DNA of 64,000 bases from Octopus sinensis. Its lineage: Eukaryota. How positions within the stretch are numbered: position 1 is the first letter of the stretch; every line of letters begins with the position of its first letter. The notes under the pieces were generated by a model. That model was given only the letters and a program-made list of their open reading frames with translations, was not told the DNA's origin and searched no databases. Both the position numbers and the translations under genes were made by a program. The stretch spans positions 7,874,001 through 7,938,000 of the forward strand of contig NC_043010.1 in assembly GCF_006345805.1 (NCBI RefSeq). The letters are read 5' to 3'. Below, one piece after another: positions 11,810-24,159 of the stretch.

Positions 11810-12690
11810 ATGACACGCTTGAATGTTGCTTTTTAAGTGCCACTTGCACAGAAGCCAGACAGCGACACTGGCACCGATCATGCTCAGACGGTGCTTTTAA
11901 CGTTTTACTGGCATGGGTGCCAGTTAGGTGGTGCTGTCATTGGCCACATCAGTGAATTTGATTTTGATTGTTATTTCACTTGCCTCAACAGGTCTTTGCA
12001 AGCAATGCATAAGTAGGCTGGTTACACCGCTGGCATAGGCCACGGGTTATCGTCTCACATGGCCTGCTGCATCCTCCCAAGCACAGCATATTTCCAAAGG
12101 TCTTGATCACTAGTCATTGCCTCGGTGAGGCCCAATGCCTGAAGGTTGTGCTTCACCACCTCATCCCAGGTCTTCCTGGGTCTACCACTTCCACATGTTC
12201 CCTCAATGGCTAGGGTGTGGCACTTTTTCACACAGCTATCCTCATCCATTCTCACCACATGACCATACCAGCGCAGTCGTCTCTCTTGCACACCACACCT
12301 GATGCTTCTGAGGTACAACTTTTGTCTCAAGGTACTTACACTCTGTCAAGTATGCACACTGACATTACACATTCAGTGGAGCATACTGGCTTCATTCCTT
12401 GCAAGTTTATGCATGTCCTCAGCAGTCACGGCCCATGTTTCACTGCAATGTAGTAGTATGGCTGTTCGTACACATGCGTCATACAGTCTACCTTTTACTC
12501 TGAGCGAGAGGCCCTTTGGCACCAGCAGAGGTAGGAGCACTCTGAATTTTGCCCAGGCAATTCTTATTCTAGCAGCTACACTTTCAGAGCATCCACCCCT
12601 GCTACTGACTTGGTCACCTAGGCAACGGAAGCTGTCAACTACTTTTAGTTTTCCTCCCTGGAATGTGATAGAAGTTCTCCTCTGCACATT
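11810..12690 (-). pseudogene. RTE-clade LINE, 5'-truncated (C-terminal ORF2 plus 3' UTR), frameshifted
   Basis: ORFs 12373-12687 (VVDSFRCLGD...ARIRIAWAKFR...CSETWAV) and 12055-12330 (RRLRWYGHVVRM...GRPRKTW) are typical post-RT RTE motifs. Confidence 0.9.
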
Positions 12691-12707
12691 TCCAGTGTAT
12701 ACATATG

Positions 12708-12749
<42 letters not shown>

Positions 12750-12756
<7 letters not shown>

Positions 12757-13030
12757 AAATGAGAAAATGGAGAAATATATCTAAATCAATCATCACTATC
12801 AGATAATACAGAATCAATACTTTATTAAAACACTACACATATAGCAATGATATTATACATTAATATAGTACAAATATAACAAGACATAGAAATACATTTG
12901 CATTGTAGCTGACAGCTGTTTTGGCCATGAAGACAGGTATGTCTCATTTAACCTATTAGCCATATAAAGCAGGTATAATGAGACATTAACAAGAATACTC
13001 TACGGCCTCTTCAGAGATTTAATGCAAGTA
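12750..13030 (-). mobile_element. Penelope-like terminus with hammerhead motif bearing an extended stem II
   Basis: Minus strand CTGAAGA GGCC ... GGCC AAAA CAGCTG TC (G12 mutated to A), downstream AATAAA, abuts (TA)n. Confidence 0.6.
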
Positions 13031-13395
13031 TGAGTACAAATCCTAAATAATTTACATATAAATATAAATATGTGTGCATACATACTCATATCTTACATTA
13101 TATATTACACAATAATACAATATAAACAATATAGAATCAATATACATCAACAAACACAATAATGTTGATGTATATTGATCTATATTGTTTATATTGTATT
13201 ATTGTGTATATTGTGTTTCTTCCAACCAAATACACCAAATACACTTGCAAGGCTTTGTTTGACCCAAGGCTATGGCAAAAGACACTTGTCCAGGGTGCCA
13301 TGCAGTAGGACTGAACCCAGAACCATGTGGTTGGGAAGCAAATTTCTTACCACACAATCATGTCTGTGCCTATATATATATATGCGTGTGTGTTT

Positions 13396-13443
<48 letters not shown>

Positions 13444-13782
13444 CACATCATCAGTAACAAGTTCATTTGTTGTGGTCAAATTTATGTAAGCTTAACTACC
13501 TAAATATTCTTGCCTCTTAATCTTCCATCTAAGCCACAAATTGTTAATTTTTTGATGTGTGTGTTGTTTGCACATTTATTCTGGCATTGCATTATGAGCC
13601 TGGCTTCCAGGACTAATCTATTTTTGGACAGAAATATACAGAGTATGTAAGTACCACCCACTAGTAGTTTTTCAATCTTTGTTTTGCTGTTTTGCAATGT
13701 GTGGTAACTCTAATCTCTTAATCTTTTATTTGTTTCAGACATTAGACTGTGGCCATGCTGGGGCACCACACATATTATACAT

Positions 13783-14000
13783 ACTCTTTTACTCTTTTAC
13801 TTGTTTCAGTCATTTGACTGTGGCCATGCTGGAGCACCGCCTTTAGTCGAGTAAATCGACCCCTGGGGCTTATTCTTTGTAAGCCCAGTACTTATTTTAT
13901 CGGTCTCTTTTGCCGAACTGCTAAGTGACGGGGACATAAACAAAGCAGCATTGGTTGTGAAGCAATGCTAGGGGGAGGGACAAACACAGACACACACACA
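13783..14000 (-). mobile_element. SINE family A, 3' half
   Basis: ctcttttactcttttacttgtttcagtcatttgactg... Confidence 0.85.
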
Positions 14001-14195
14001 TATATATACACACTTATATACCCTAAAAAAGCAACAATTAACACCAAATTGCATGCCAAGATTTCAAATTTTGCAGTGTGCATGAGATGACAGCATAAAC
14101 ATATGTTGGTGCAGAAATGGAAAGACATGATAGACTGCTGAATAAAACTGGATATATAAATCTTTGTTCTAATTATTAATATATATATATATATA

Positions 14196-14500
14196 GGAGG
14201 TGCAATGGCCCACTAGTTAGGGCAGCGGACTCATGGTCGTAGGATCGCGGCTTCGATTCCCAGGCCGGGCGTTGTGAGTGTTTATTGAGTGAAAACACCT
14301 AAAAGCTCCACGAGGCTCCGGCAGGGGGTGGTGATCCCTACTGTACTCTTTCACCACTCTTTCTCTCACTCTTTCTTCTGTTGGCCTGCTCGCTTAGCCA
14401 GCAGGGTGGCGTCATTCGAAGGCTAAAACAATGCGAACACATTGTGACCAGCGATGTGTAACAACATCTGATGGTCTGGTCGGTCACGTGATCACGTGAT
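14196..14500 (+). mobile_element. SINE family C with tail type 2
   Basis: Family C head then a different tail ending ggtcacgtgatcacgtgat. Confidence 0.8.
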
Positions 14501-14872
14501 ATGTATATATTATATTTCCATACTTATGTATATGTTTGAGTGTGTATGCATGAATAAAAAAGTGTGTGTGTATATACATATACATATGTTTTAGTAAAAA
14601 GTACTCCATACCAGCTTAAAGTACAGTAATGTATTTCAAATGATCCATCAATCTGCTATTCAGGTGTTTGCAAAACACACAGTCAATCCCTAGATATAAG
14701 GAAAACACTTACTTCATGCAATTACCGCTTACTGTTAGATAGAGAGAAGTTGGCAGTGGGCTTATAGTTAGCTTACCTCATATAAAAGAAAGCACACTAC
14801 ACACACACACACACACACCACACACCACACACGCACACACTTGTGTATCGGAGAAAAGCGTCATAGGTCCTT

Positions 14873-15286
14873 AAGGCGGTGAGCTGGCAGAAACGTTAGC
14901 ACACCGGGCAAAATGCGTAGCCGTATTTCATCTGCCGTTAAGTTCTGAGTTCAAATTCCGCCAAAGTTGACTTTGCCTTTCATCCTTTCAGGGTCGATAA
15001 ATTAAGTACCAGTTATGCACTGGAGTCCTATTATTGACTTAACTCGTTTGTCTGCCCTTGTTTGTCCCCTCTGTGTGTAGCCCCTTGTGGGCAGTAAAGA
15101 AATAGGTATTTTGTCTGCCATTACATTCTGAGTTCAAATTCTGCAGAGGTCGACTTTACCTTTCATCTTTTCGGGGTCAATAAATTAAGTAGCAGTTACA
15201 CACTGGGGTTGATGTAATCGACTTAATCCCTTTGTCTGTCCTTGTTTGTCCCCTATGTTTAGCTCCTTGTGGGCAATAAAGATATA
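14873..15286 (+). mobile_element. SINE family B dimer
   Basis: Head plus two bodies joined at aaagaaataggtattttgtctgcc. Confidence 0.9.
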
Positions 15287-15757
15287 AGAAAGGATCAAAG
15301 GTCCTTCACAAGCATTGGTGTATGTTGCTGGTTGTATTGGGTGTGCTGACACACCCAGTGCCACCTAATTTCAAGCAGGAGTATAACAAAAGTTTTTCCA
15401 TTAAGATTTGTGATTAAATTAATGAATAAGATTAATATTTATAACAAATTTGCCATTTTCGATGAGTGTGAAGTAAAAAAAAAACCTAGCCCCTGGTATA
15501 TATATATATCCCTGTTACCAAGCCATAGGTTTATAAGATCTGTTTCCTGGATTCTGGGACATATATTCCCTCCCCACTGGCCCACAGAACAGGACACAAA
15601 TCTGACTCAAGGTAACTCAGTTTTGCCAATATGAAATATAGTGTTTTGCTCAAGAACACAGTGAATCAGGTGGTCCAAGAATCAAACCCACACTCTTATG
15701 ATCACGAGTGTAACAACCTAACCACTACACCAAATGCTACCACTAAATCCACACATA

Positions 15758-16163
15758 TACTCTTTACTCTTTTACTTGTTTCAGTCATTTTGACTGCAGC
15801 CATGCTGGAGCACCGCCTTTAATCGAGCAAATCGACCCCGGGACTTATTCTTTTGTAAGCCCAGTACTTATTCTATTGGTCTCTTTTGCCGAACCGCTAA
15901 GTGATGGGGACATAAACACACCAGCATCGGTTGTCAAGCAATGCTAGAGGGACAAACACACTCACACAAACACACACGCATATATATATATACATATATA
16001 CGACGGGCTTCTTTCAGTTTCTGTGTACCAAATCCATTCACAAGGCTTTTGTCGGCCCGAGGCTATAGTAGAAGACACTTGCCCAAGGTGCCACGCAGTA
16101 GGACTGAACCCGGAACCATGTGGTTGGTAAACAAGCTACTTACCACACAGCCACTCCTGCGCC
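15758..16163 (-). mobile_element. SINE family A, full length
   Basis: Reverse complement of 4201-4616. Confidence 0.9.
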
Positions 16164-16272
16164 TACATACATACATACATGAATTTCCATAGACACACTA
16201 TATAGCACTGCAGCCAGTCTCCAGCAGGGCTGCAATCTAATGACAGAAGTCAGTAAAAAAAATAAAAAAGAA

Positions 16273-16311
<39 letters not shown>

Positions 16312-16768
16312 TACACGCTTACAGGTATGTTTTTATGTGTGTCTGTACACGAGAACAATCAATCATTTATTGAAGGATTGCTCAGTATATTTAAAGAGAG
16401 AACATCAAATTTGTTTGTTTTTTTATTTACAAAGAAAAAGATGAGTCACTTTGAAGTTTTGTGGCTTCATCAGACTTACATTTACGTATGTCTATCTTTT
16501 TTTTCATCTTTTACTCATTTTTAGTCATTGGACTGTGACCATTCTGGAGTACCACTTTGAAGGGCTTAGTCAAGCAAATCAACCCTGGTACTTATTCTAT
16601 TGGTCTCTCTCACCAAACCATTGAGTCATGAGGACATAACAAACCAACTCTGGTTGTCAAACAATATGATGATGGGGATAAACACAGACACAAACGGACA
16701 CACATATGTACATGTACATACACACACATGTGTGTGTGTGCCTGTGTGCATATATATATGTATATGTT

Positions 16769-16822
<54 letters not shown>

Positions 16823-17035
16823 AGTGTATCTATCGATCTATCTATCTATCTGTGAATGTATGTGCGTATGTATGTATATTCATATACAAATTTATACATA
16901 TAGGTATGTGTGTGTCTTTGTGTGTGTGTGTGTGTGTATATATATATGGCTTATTTGTAATTTACAACCGACATCTATATATAATAATAAAGGTGGCTTA
17001 TTCACAATTTACAACCAACGTCTATATATATATAT

Positions 17036-17067
<32 letters not shown>

Positions 17068-17129
17068 TCATATATTGTCCTTTAATACTTCGTCCAATGT
17101 CTTCTGAAGTACTGAAGGATGATATGGAA

Positions 17130-17521
17130 GAGATGACAAAGGAATAAGGTACCTGGTGCCTTACTGTACTCAAGAAGATCCATCCTCCACAGCAGAGTGT
17201 TAATGCCACTCCCCCCTGCTAGAGGGGATTAGCATGCAAGAGTCCCGTGTCAGTGCCTCATGAAAAACACCTGTGCCAGCACCACATGGTGGCACTCATG
17301 CCAGCACCGTGTAAAAGCACCAATGCTGGTGCCACATAGAGATCATCCAGCACACTCTGTAAAGTGTTTGGTGTTTGGAAGGGCACCCACCTGTAGAAGC
17401 CAAGCCACATCAGACTGAATCTTCTTGAACCTGGTGCAGCTCTCCTACTTGCCAGCTCTGGTCAAACCATTCAAACCATGGAAAACAGATGTTAAAGGAT
17501 GATGATGATGATGATGATGAC
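17130..17521 (+). mobile_element. RTE LINE 3' UTR fragment
   Basis: aaaagcacc...gaagggcaccca...catggaaaacagatgttaaag(GAT)n. Confidence 0.7.
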
Positions 17522-17564
17522 ATGTACATACATGCATACATACATATATATATATATATATACA

Positions 17565-17690
17565 CTTTATTTAAAGCAGCAGAAAATTCAACAAAACCTG
17601 TTACTCTGAGTAACAAAAACTGTCTGATGAACGGCAACGGGAAACTCAGAGTAACAGGTTTTGTTGAATTTTCTGCTCCTTTAAATAAAG
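17565..17690. repeat. 47-bp inverted repeat (one mismatch) enclosing the hammerhead core
   Basis: 17565-17611 is the reverse complement of 17644-17690. Confidence 0.95.
17612..17665 (+). ncRNA. Minimal type I hammerhead ribozyme in a Penelope-like terminus
   Basis: Stem I aacaaaa-a-ctgt/acag-g-ttttgtt; CUGAUGA 17624-17630; stem II CG-GCAA-CG; GAAA 17641-17644; stem III ACUC-A-GAGU; GUA site, predicted cut after 17653. Confidence 0.75.
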
Positions 17691-17759
17691 CATATTACTC
17701 TACCACTGGTATTTGAGTACACTTTTTTCCAACTTGTTTCACATTTATGTGTTTACTCC

Positions 17760-17801
<42 letters not shown>

Positions 17802-17834
17802 CATATGTGTATATATATACACAATTCAATATAT

Positions 17835-18035
17835 GACCATGTGTGTATCATTGGCGATTTTCTTTCTCCGTCTTCTCTTCCTCGAACTTCTCCATTTTCT
17901 ATGTTTCTGACAAAGAGCTCGACTCAAAATGTTAATCCTCCTCTCTTTCTTTTCCTGAGCGTCCAATAACACTATACTTGTTCCATGTCCCCGCATTGCT
18001 GTGTTTTCTCTTTGTTCATGTTTGGATTAACTATA
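17835..18035 (+). mobile_element. Penelope-like terminus with decayed hammerhead (17903-17937)
   Basis: gttt CTGACAA a GAG ctcga CTC AAAA tgtt: CpG-decayed form of CTGACGA...GAAACGTT; related to 28830-29010 and 47320-47485; flanked by (TA)n. Confidence 0.55.
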
Positions 18036-18074
<39 letters not shown>

Positions 18075-18091
18075 TTATAATTATATACATA

Positions 18092-18755
18092 ATTATAGCA
18101 AGGGGTCAGCTTTATGCCTCACATGCACCTTAAGAAATAGACACTAAAGTTTTTTTTCTACCTTAAAATCTCCGAGAATAACACACTTTATTGTAGGCAA
18201 GCAAAAGGAAAATAATGCTACCGCTCTAGCTACCTGGTAGAATTATTATTGATTTTACCCTTATTTGAATAAATTCACTCCATGATCGAAACTGCATTTA
18301 CTGTGGTCGAGATCTTAACGCACATGTGGGTATAAAAGAAAGATAGGCGCAGGAGTGGCTGTGTGGTAAGTAGCTTGCTAAACAACCACATGGTTCCGGG
18401 TTCAGTCCCACTGCGTGGCATCTTGGGCAAGTGTCTTCTGCTCTAGCCCCGGGTCGACCAATGCCTTGTGAGTGGATTTGGTAGATGGAAACTGAAAGAA
18501 GCCTGTCGTATATATATTTCTTTACTACCCACAAGGGGCTAAACACAGAGGGGACAAACAAGGACAGACAAAGGGATCAAGTCGACTACATCGACCCCAG
18601 TGCATAACTGGTACTTAATTTATCGACCCCGAAAGGATGAAAGGCAAAGTCGACCTCGGCGGAATTTGAACTCGGAACGTAACGACAGACGAAATACGGC
18701 TACGAATCTCGCCCGGCGTGTGATAACGTTTACCCAGCTCGCCGCCTTATATATG

Positions 18756-18788
<33 letters not shown>

Positions 18789-19304
18789 TTGTGTGTCTGT
18801 GTTTGTCCCCCTAGCATTGCTTGACAACTGATGCTGGTGTGTTTACATCCCCGTCACTTAGCGGTTCGCCAAAAGAGACCGATAGAATAAGTACTGGGCT
18901 TACAAAAGAATAAGTCCCGGGGTCGATTTGCTCGACTAAAGGCGGTGCTCCAGCATGGCCGCAGTCAAATGACTGAAACAAGTAAAAGAGTAAAAGAGTA
19001 TATGAATTATACTCGGCAGTATATCTTTACAAGTGTGGATAGATATCTGACATACGATGACTCTGATCGCATGCATATTTTGAAATACTGGTGAACTTAT
19101 ATAAAATACTGAGCTGAAAAGCAACAGTAAGTAAAATTATCTTACTTTAAGTTCGAAATGCGTCCCTGGTTAATCAGTCTTACTGATTCCTTATTTTTCT
19201 TTTGCTTGTGTGTTATTCTCAGAGATTTTAAGGTAGTTAAAAATAGTTTAGCATCTATTTCTTATGGTGCATGGTGAGGCATAAAGCCAACCCCTTGTTA
19301 TAAT
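18092..19304. mobile_element. Old MITE-like element with ~115-bp terminal inverted repeats, carrying nested SINEs
   Basis: 18092-18215 aligns in reverse with 19190-19304 (caagggg...gctttatgcctcac...accttaaaatctc...gagaataacacac). Confidence 0.6.
18346..18999 (+). mobile_element. SINE family A interrupted by a family B copy (18515-18748, minus) in its internal TA tract
   Basis: A head, reverse B, A tail in order. Confidence 0.9.
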
Positions 19305-19658
19305 CTTTTCCTAACTACTCCCACATTTTGCGGTGCAGTTTAACCAAAACCGGGTATCTTATAGTCGTGATTCATATTGAGCCCTTCTGGGTATTAGCGC
19401 GCGTCTACGATGAGTCTACGATTAAAAACAAAAATTTACCATCAATTTTTCCCATTTTTAATGCATTTTTGGCATATATAAGGGAAGTAACTCTCTAAAA
19501 ATTTATTATTAAATCTCAGAACGTAAAAAGCTATATTAACACGCTCCACCCCTTTGTGGTTAGCCATATTGAGATGGCTATTATACTTTACATCTCTAAA
19601 AATGCTTATACAGTTATTTCCCTTACAAACCTGAGCAACGCCAGGCAATACTGTTAGT
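19305..19658 (+). mobile_element. Non-autonomous Helitron, 5'-truncated
   Basis: Body matches 52651-53136; ends cctgagcaacgccaggcaatactgttag|t. Confidence 0.8.
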
Positions 19659-19784
19659 TATGTAGATAATTATAAAATATTCTGTATGACTTAACCATAA
19701 GATATTTATTTCCGCACTGGCTACCTGGTAAAATTATTATTGATTTTACCCTTTATAATTAAAATAATATATATCATCCTCATC

Positions 19785-19925
19785 ATCATCGTTTAGCATC
19801 TGTTTTCCATGCTAGCATGGGTTGGACAGTTCAACTGGGGCCTGGGAAGCCAGGAGGCTGCACCAGGCTCCAGTCTGATCTGGCAGTGTTTCTACAGCTG
19901 GATGCCCTTCCTAACGCCAACCACT

Positions 19926-19927
<2 letters not shown>
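19785..19927 (-). mobile_element. RTE LINE 3' UTR fragment
   Basis: Reverse complement of the 4862-5047 sequence. Confidence 0.8.
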
Positions 19928-19961
<34 letters not shown>

Positions 19962-20065
19962 ATAATAACAAAGGGTAAAATTAATTAATTAAGAAGTAAT
20001 TAGCAATTTCACCAAGTAGAATTCGGCATGAAAAAGACCATTTCATGGTAAGCTTAAGTAATACT

Positions 20066-20109
20066 TTATAATTAGGGTTCAGCAAAGATTTGCTGAACCC
20101 TAATTATAA
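20066..20109. repeat. Perfect 21-bp-arm hairpin
   Basis: ttataattagggttcagcaaa-ga-tttgctgaaccctaattataa. Confidence 0.95.
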
Positions 20110-20915
20110 TATATATATATATCGTGTATCACAGTGTCATGATGTACGGTGTAAAGGGGGAAGCAGATAAGGTTTATCCGTGGGAAGAAAAGCCTACGGA
20201 AAAGACCACGGTAACCTCGGTCAATATTGTTACATGTTACCACATTTGTTTGCAAGTGGGTAACCCTCTGTTTTCAATTTCTGGGTTCATAGGATTATGC
20301 TCAAGGTGGCTTCGTCATTCATATGTGCCATCCTTGCTACATTCACCCATCTTTTTTTAAAACATTCGCTAGACAAAACTTGCCCCTCTACTCTCACTTT
20401 CCTTTTCAAGTGGTACTTGAAGAAGTTGATGAGAGATTGACCAGAGAGGAAAGTGCTTAGATAAATAGATAGATAGATAGATACACACATATATATTGGA
20501 TTCACAAGAACCTTAATGCTTTATTCAACAGACTGAATAAGCCAATAAAGGCAAAATTCAATCCAATATTACCAATAAATTCTCCCTTAGTAAATATATC
20601 AGGTTCCATCATCAGTAAACATTTTGTTGTTTTCCAGAATGTCAGTCAATAATATCAGATAAGACATACATATAGATGCAAACATATACACACATGTGTG
20701 TGTGTGTGTGTTTTCTATATTTATGTATGTACATATACACAGAAAAAATTATAATCATTAGTAATATTATCAGTTATTGCTATCAAAATTAATGGATCCC
20801 GATGAAAAGGTTGCAGTGTGATCACAATACCTGAGTTACATTCTATGAACACACACGCATCTATCTATCCGTCTGTCTGTCTCTCTCTCAGTCTGTCTGC
20901 CTATCTATCTATCTG

Positions 20916-20979
<64 letters not shown>

Positions 20980-21693
20980 ATCTATTTATCTATCTATCTT
21001 ATCTATCTATCTTATCTATCTATCTATCTATCCATTCATCCATCGATCCATCCATTGATCCATCCATCATCTATCTATCTATCTATCTATCTTTCTATCT
21101 ATCTATCTATCTATCCATCTACCTATATACACACAGAAACTCATCTCTCTTGATATATATATATGTATGTATGTATGTATGTATATATACATATATATAC
21201 ATGTGTGTGTGAATGTGTGTTTGTGAGTCAGTGTGTGTATAGAAATCTATAGAAATGGCTTTCTGATAATTTTTTCCACTTTAATAATTTATAAACATCT
21301 AATTATTAAAGTGGAAAAATTATCAGAAAAGCCATTTCTATTAATTTTTTTTCTAAATATTATAATACTGTACCAGCTACTTTGTTTCTTCTTTAACTAT
21401 AGATATGTTTCTTTATTAGCCACACAGGGCTGCACACAGACAGGACACGTTTACAAGGTAGGCTTTTTTTTGGAGGTAAAAAAAAAGGGGGTTTGGTTTT
21501 CGATCAAAAGGGATCGTAAAAGGAAAGAAAGAGGACCAAAGGGGGGGATAAAATTTTTTTTTAAAATGTATATATATATGTGCATATTATATATATTATA
21601 TGTATATGTATATTATATGTATATATGTATATTGTATATATAGTATATGTATATATGTATATATATGTAATATAATATATATAGGTATATATA

Positions 21694-21732
<39 letters not shown>

Positions 21733-22394
21733 TATATGTGTGTATATAATAGATAGATAGATAGCATACATACTACATACATACATACAGAGACTCACAC
21801 GTACACTTACGGACGTGTGTGTGTGTGTGTGCCATTATTAAGTCGGTCACTTTTCCTTTGTAAGGGAGAGAATCATGTCTAATCCACTCCGCCTGCACAT
21901 AACTCTGCGCAGCTAGTGTGCTTATAGAAGCACACACACACACCTAACACACACACTAACACACACACACACTCACACACAGATGTATACACATCGTATC
22001 TTATAGTGCCTAAGTCATTAATAAAATGTTAGACAGAAACCACCTCAACCGTGACGCTGCATTGCTAACAGCTCCGAGACAGACGGCTGTGTTCACACAC
22101 ACATAAAGATGCCCCCTATTGTCACAAAACTCATTGATTGTATCATAAAGAAGAAAAAAAAATTATGAAAATTCTGAGTGGAACACTTAAGAAACTATAA
22201 TGAAATAAAAGCAAATCGATAATAAAGTAATTATGAAGCTATTTATTTATATGTTAGATGGTAAAGTTTGTTAAAAAAATAAAGGGAAAAATGGAAAAAT
22301 CTATAAATGCAATCATTTCCAGGAAACACAGCAGTTTCAGGGGAAATAACTCATGCATTGATATTTCATCATCTACCTGGGAGAACATGTTTAA

Positions 22395-22578
22395 GTATTC
22401 TACCTGTTTTATGTTCAAACTGGCCAGATCTGGTCTCTCACACCAACCCTACAATATCGTTTTAAAAATTAACAGCTACCTCATCAAAATCTCATAGCTA
22501 CAAGATAATGCATGATTAGTACAAAACAATGTGAATAAAAAGCATTAATTTTGGTAGAATAATGTGAACACTAAAGGG
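22395..22578 (-). mobile_element. piggyBac-type MITE family P2, truncated at distal end
   Basis: Reverse complement of 22808-23029; ends ...ctaaaggg|TTAA. Confidence 0.75.
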
Positions 22579-22582
22579 TTAA

Positions 22583-22803
22583 CCCTTTCGTTACCATATT
22601 TATTTTGAGATGTTCTGTGTTTGTTTCAATTATTTTAAATATAACAAACAATTTAGTAAACTAACTTAGTTATCATTCAGCTAATGTTAGGAACATAAAT
22701 TGTGACTAAAGTTTGGTGGAAGATTTTAATTCAAAACTTATGAAAACAAGACATTTGTACTTAAAAGCAAGAGCCGGTTTCAGCCGGGTTGGTAATGAAA
22801 GGG
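22583..22803. mobile_element. piggyBac-type MITE family P1
   Basis: TTAA|CCCTTTCGTTACC...GGTAATGAAAGGG|TTAA; further copies at 45003, 45256, 59852. Confidence 0.85.
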
Positions 22804-22807
22804 TTAA

Positions 22808-23029
22808 CCCTTTAGTGTTCACATTATTCTGCCAAAATTAATGCTTTTTTATCCAAATTGTTTTGAACTAATCATGCATTATCTTGTAGCTTTGAGATTT
22901 TGAAGAGGTAACTGTGAATGTTTTAGAATGACATTGTAGGGTTGGTGTGAGAGACCAGATCTGGCCAGTTTCAACATAAAACAGGCAGAATACTTTTGGC
23001 CGGATATGGCCAGTTTAAATGCTAAAGGG
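22808..23029 (+). mobile_element. piggyBac-type MITE family P2
   Basis: TTAA|CCCTTTAG...CTAAAGGG|TTAA. Confidence 0.85.
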
Positions 23030-23219
23030 TTAAGTGTAGCTTGTCACACATGCGTTATGTATGTTTATCTGACTAGGGAGAGGGGAATCTTCTAGGAAGG
23101 CTTTCTACATAATGAAAATATAGATAAGTGTTGTGGATAAATATGTTAGCTGCTTACATAACTATAATGTATTCAGTTTAATGCTTATTAACTTAATACT
23201 CATGATCTGCGGCTTTATA

Positions 23220-23820
23220 TAGCTATGGTACGACCTCACCTGGAATTTGCATCACCAGTCTGGAACCCCTATCTTGCCCAGGATATTAATCATCTGGAAG
23301 CCATTCGGTGACATGCAACCACGAGAATACCCTCCATCAGGCATTTGCCATATTCTGAACGTCTTCCTTCCCTGGGCATGGAAACATTGAAACTCCGACG
23401 TCTGGCAGCTGACTTGGCAGACACCCATAAAATTATTAACCATCTTACAAACAATAACTCTGAGCACCTTTTCAAACTCCACCTGTCTAACACCTGTGGA
23501 CATGTTTACAAAGTCAGAAAACAGCACAGCTCCCATGACTTTCTGAAACATTTTTTCACGCTAAGAGTTGCTGAAGCATGGAACAAATTGCCGGCATCAG
23601 TTGTTAGTTGTCGGAGCACTGCATCCTTCAAAACTTCCATGCATCCTGAGATTCACCAACACTACACCTGATTTTCTCCCCTCCATACACACGCAAGCAT
23701 GTATCTGACTCATGCATTTTTCGCTTTCTAGACATTTGTACATTACTGCATATACTTTATACGTACTTTTGACAAGTTGTGGTGCACCTGAGCACTGTAT
23801 ACAATAATTTCAGTATTATT
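23220..23820 (+). pseudogene. CR1-clade LINE 3' end (ORF2 C-terminus plus 3' UTR)
   Basis: ASPVWNPYL...; ORF 23345-23671 PYSERL..LGMETLKLRRL..DL...FFTLRVAEAWNKLPASVV...FK. Confidence 0.85.
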
Positions 23821-24111
23821 TTTAATCATTACTTTGACTTGTGCAATGCTACAGTCTGACCCAAGTATACAACTATTCAAGATGGAACCCTCAAGATAGC
23901 TTCTTTGCGGTCACTTAACCCATGAGATATATCAACCATGTCTGTCATAAACTGCATTGTATACTAGACATGGACATGTTTATATGGCTGGGAAATTTGG
24001 TTGTCAACGACATGGTGCCAGGTTCAGTCACACTGCATGGTACCTTCGGCAAGTGTTTGGCCCTATGGCCCCAGACTGGCCAAAACCTTGCAAGTAATTA
24101 GGTAGATATTA

Positions 24112-24121
24112 GATGCAGCAG

Positions 24122-24159
<38 letters not shown>

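Noticed and set aside
12939-12987. miRNA-like hairpin
   Set aside because: Stem too short for a pre-miRNA and better explained as the extended stem II of the 12908-13017 hammerhead.
19027-19116. Exon-like segment with strong gtaagt donor and two in-frame TGA codons
   Set aside because: Lies inside the long-TIR element 18092-19304; context does not resemble known Sec proteins; TGA-only frames are common in AT-rich DNA.
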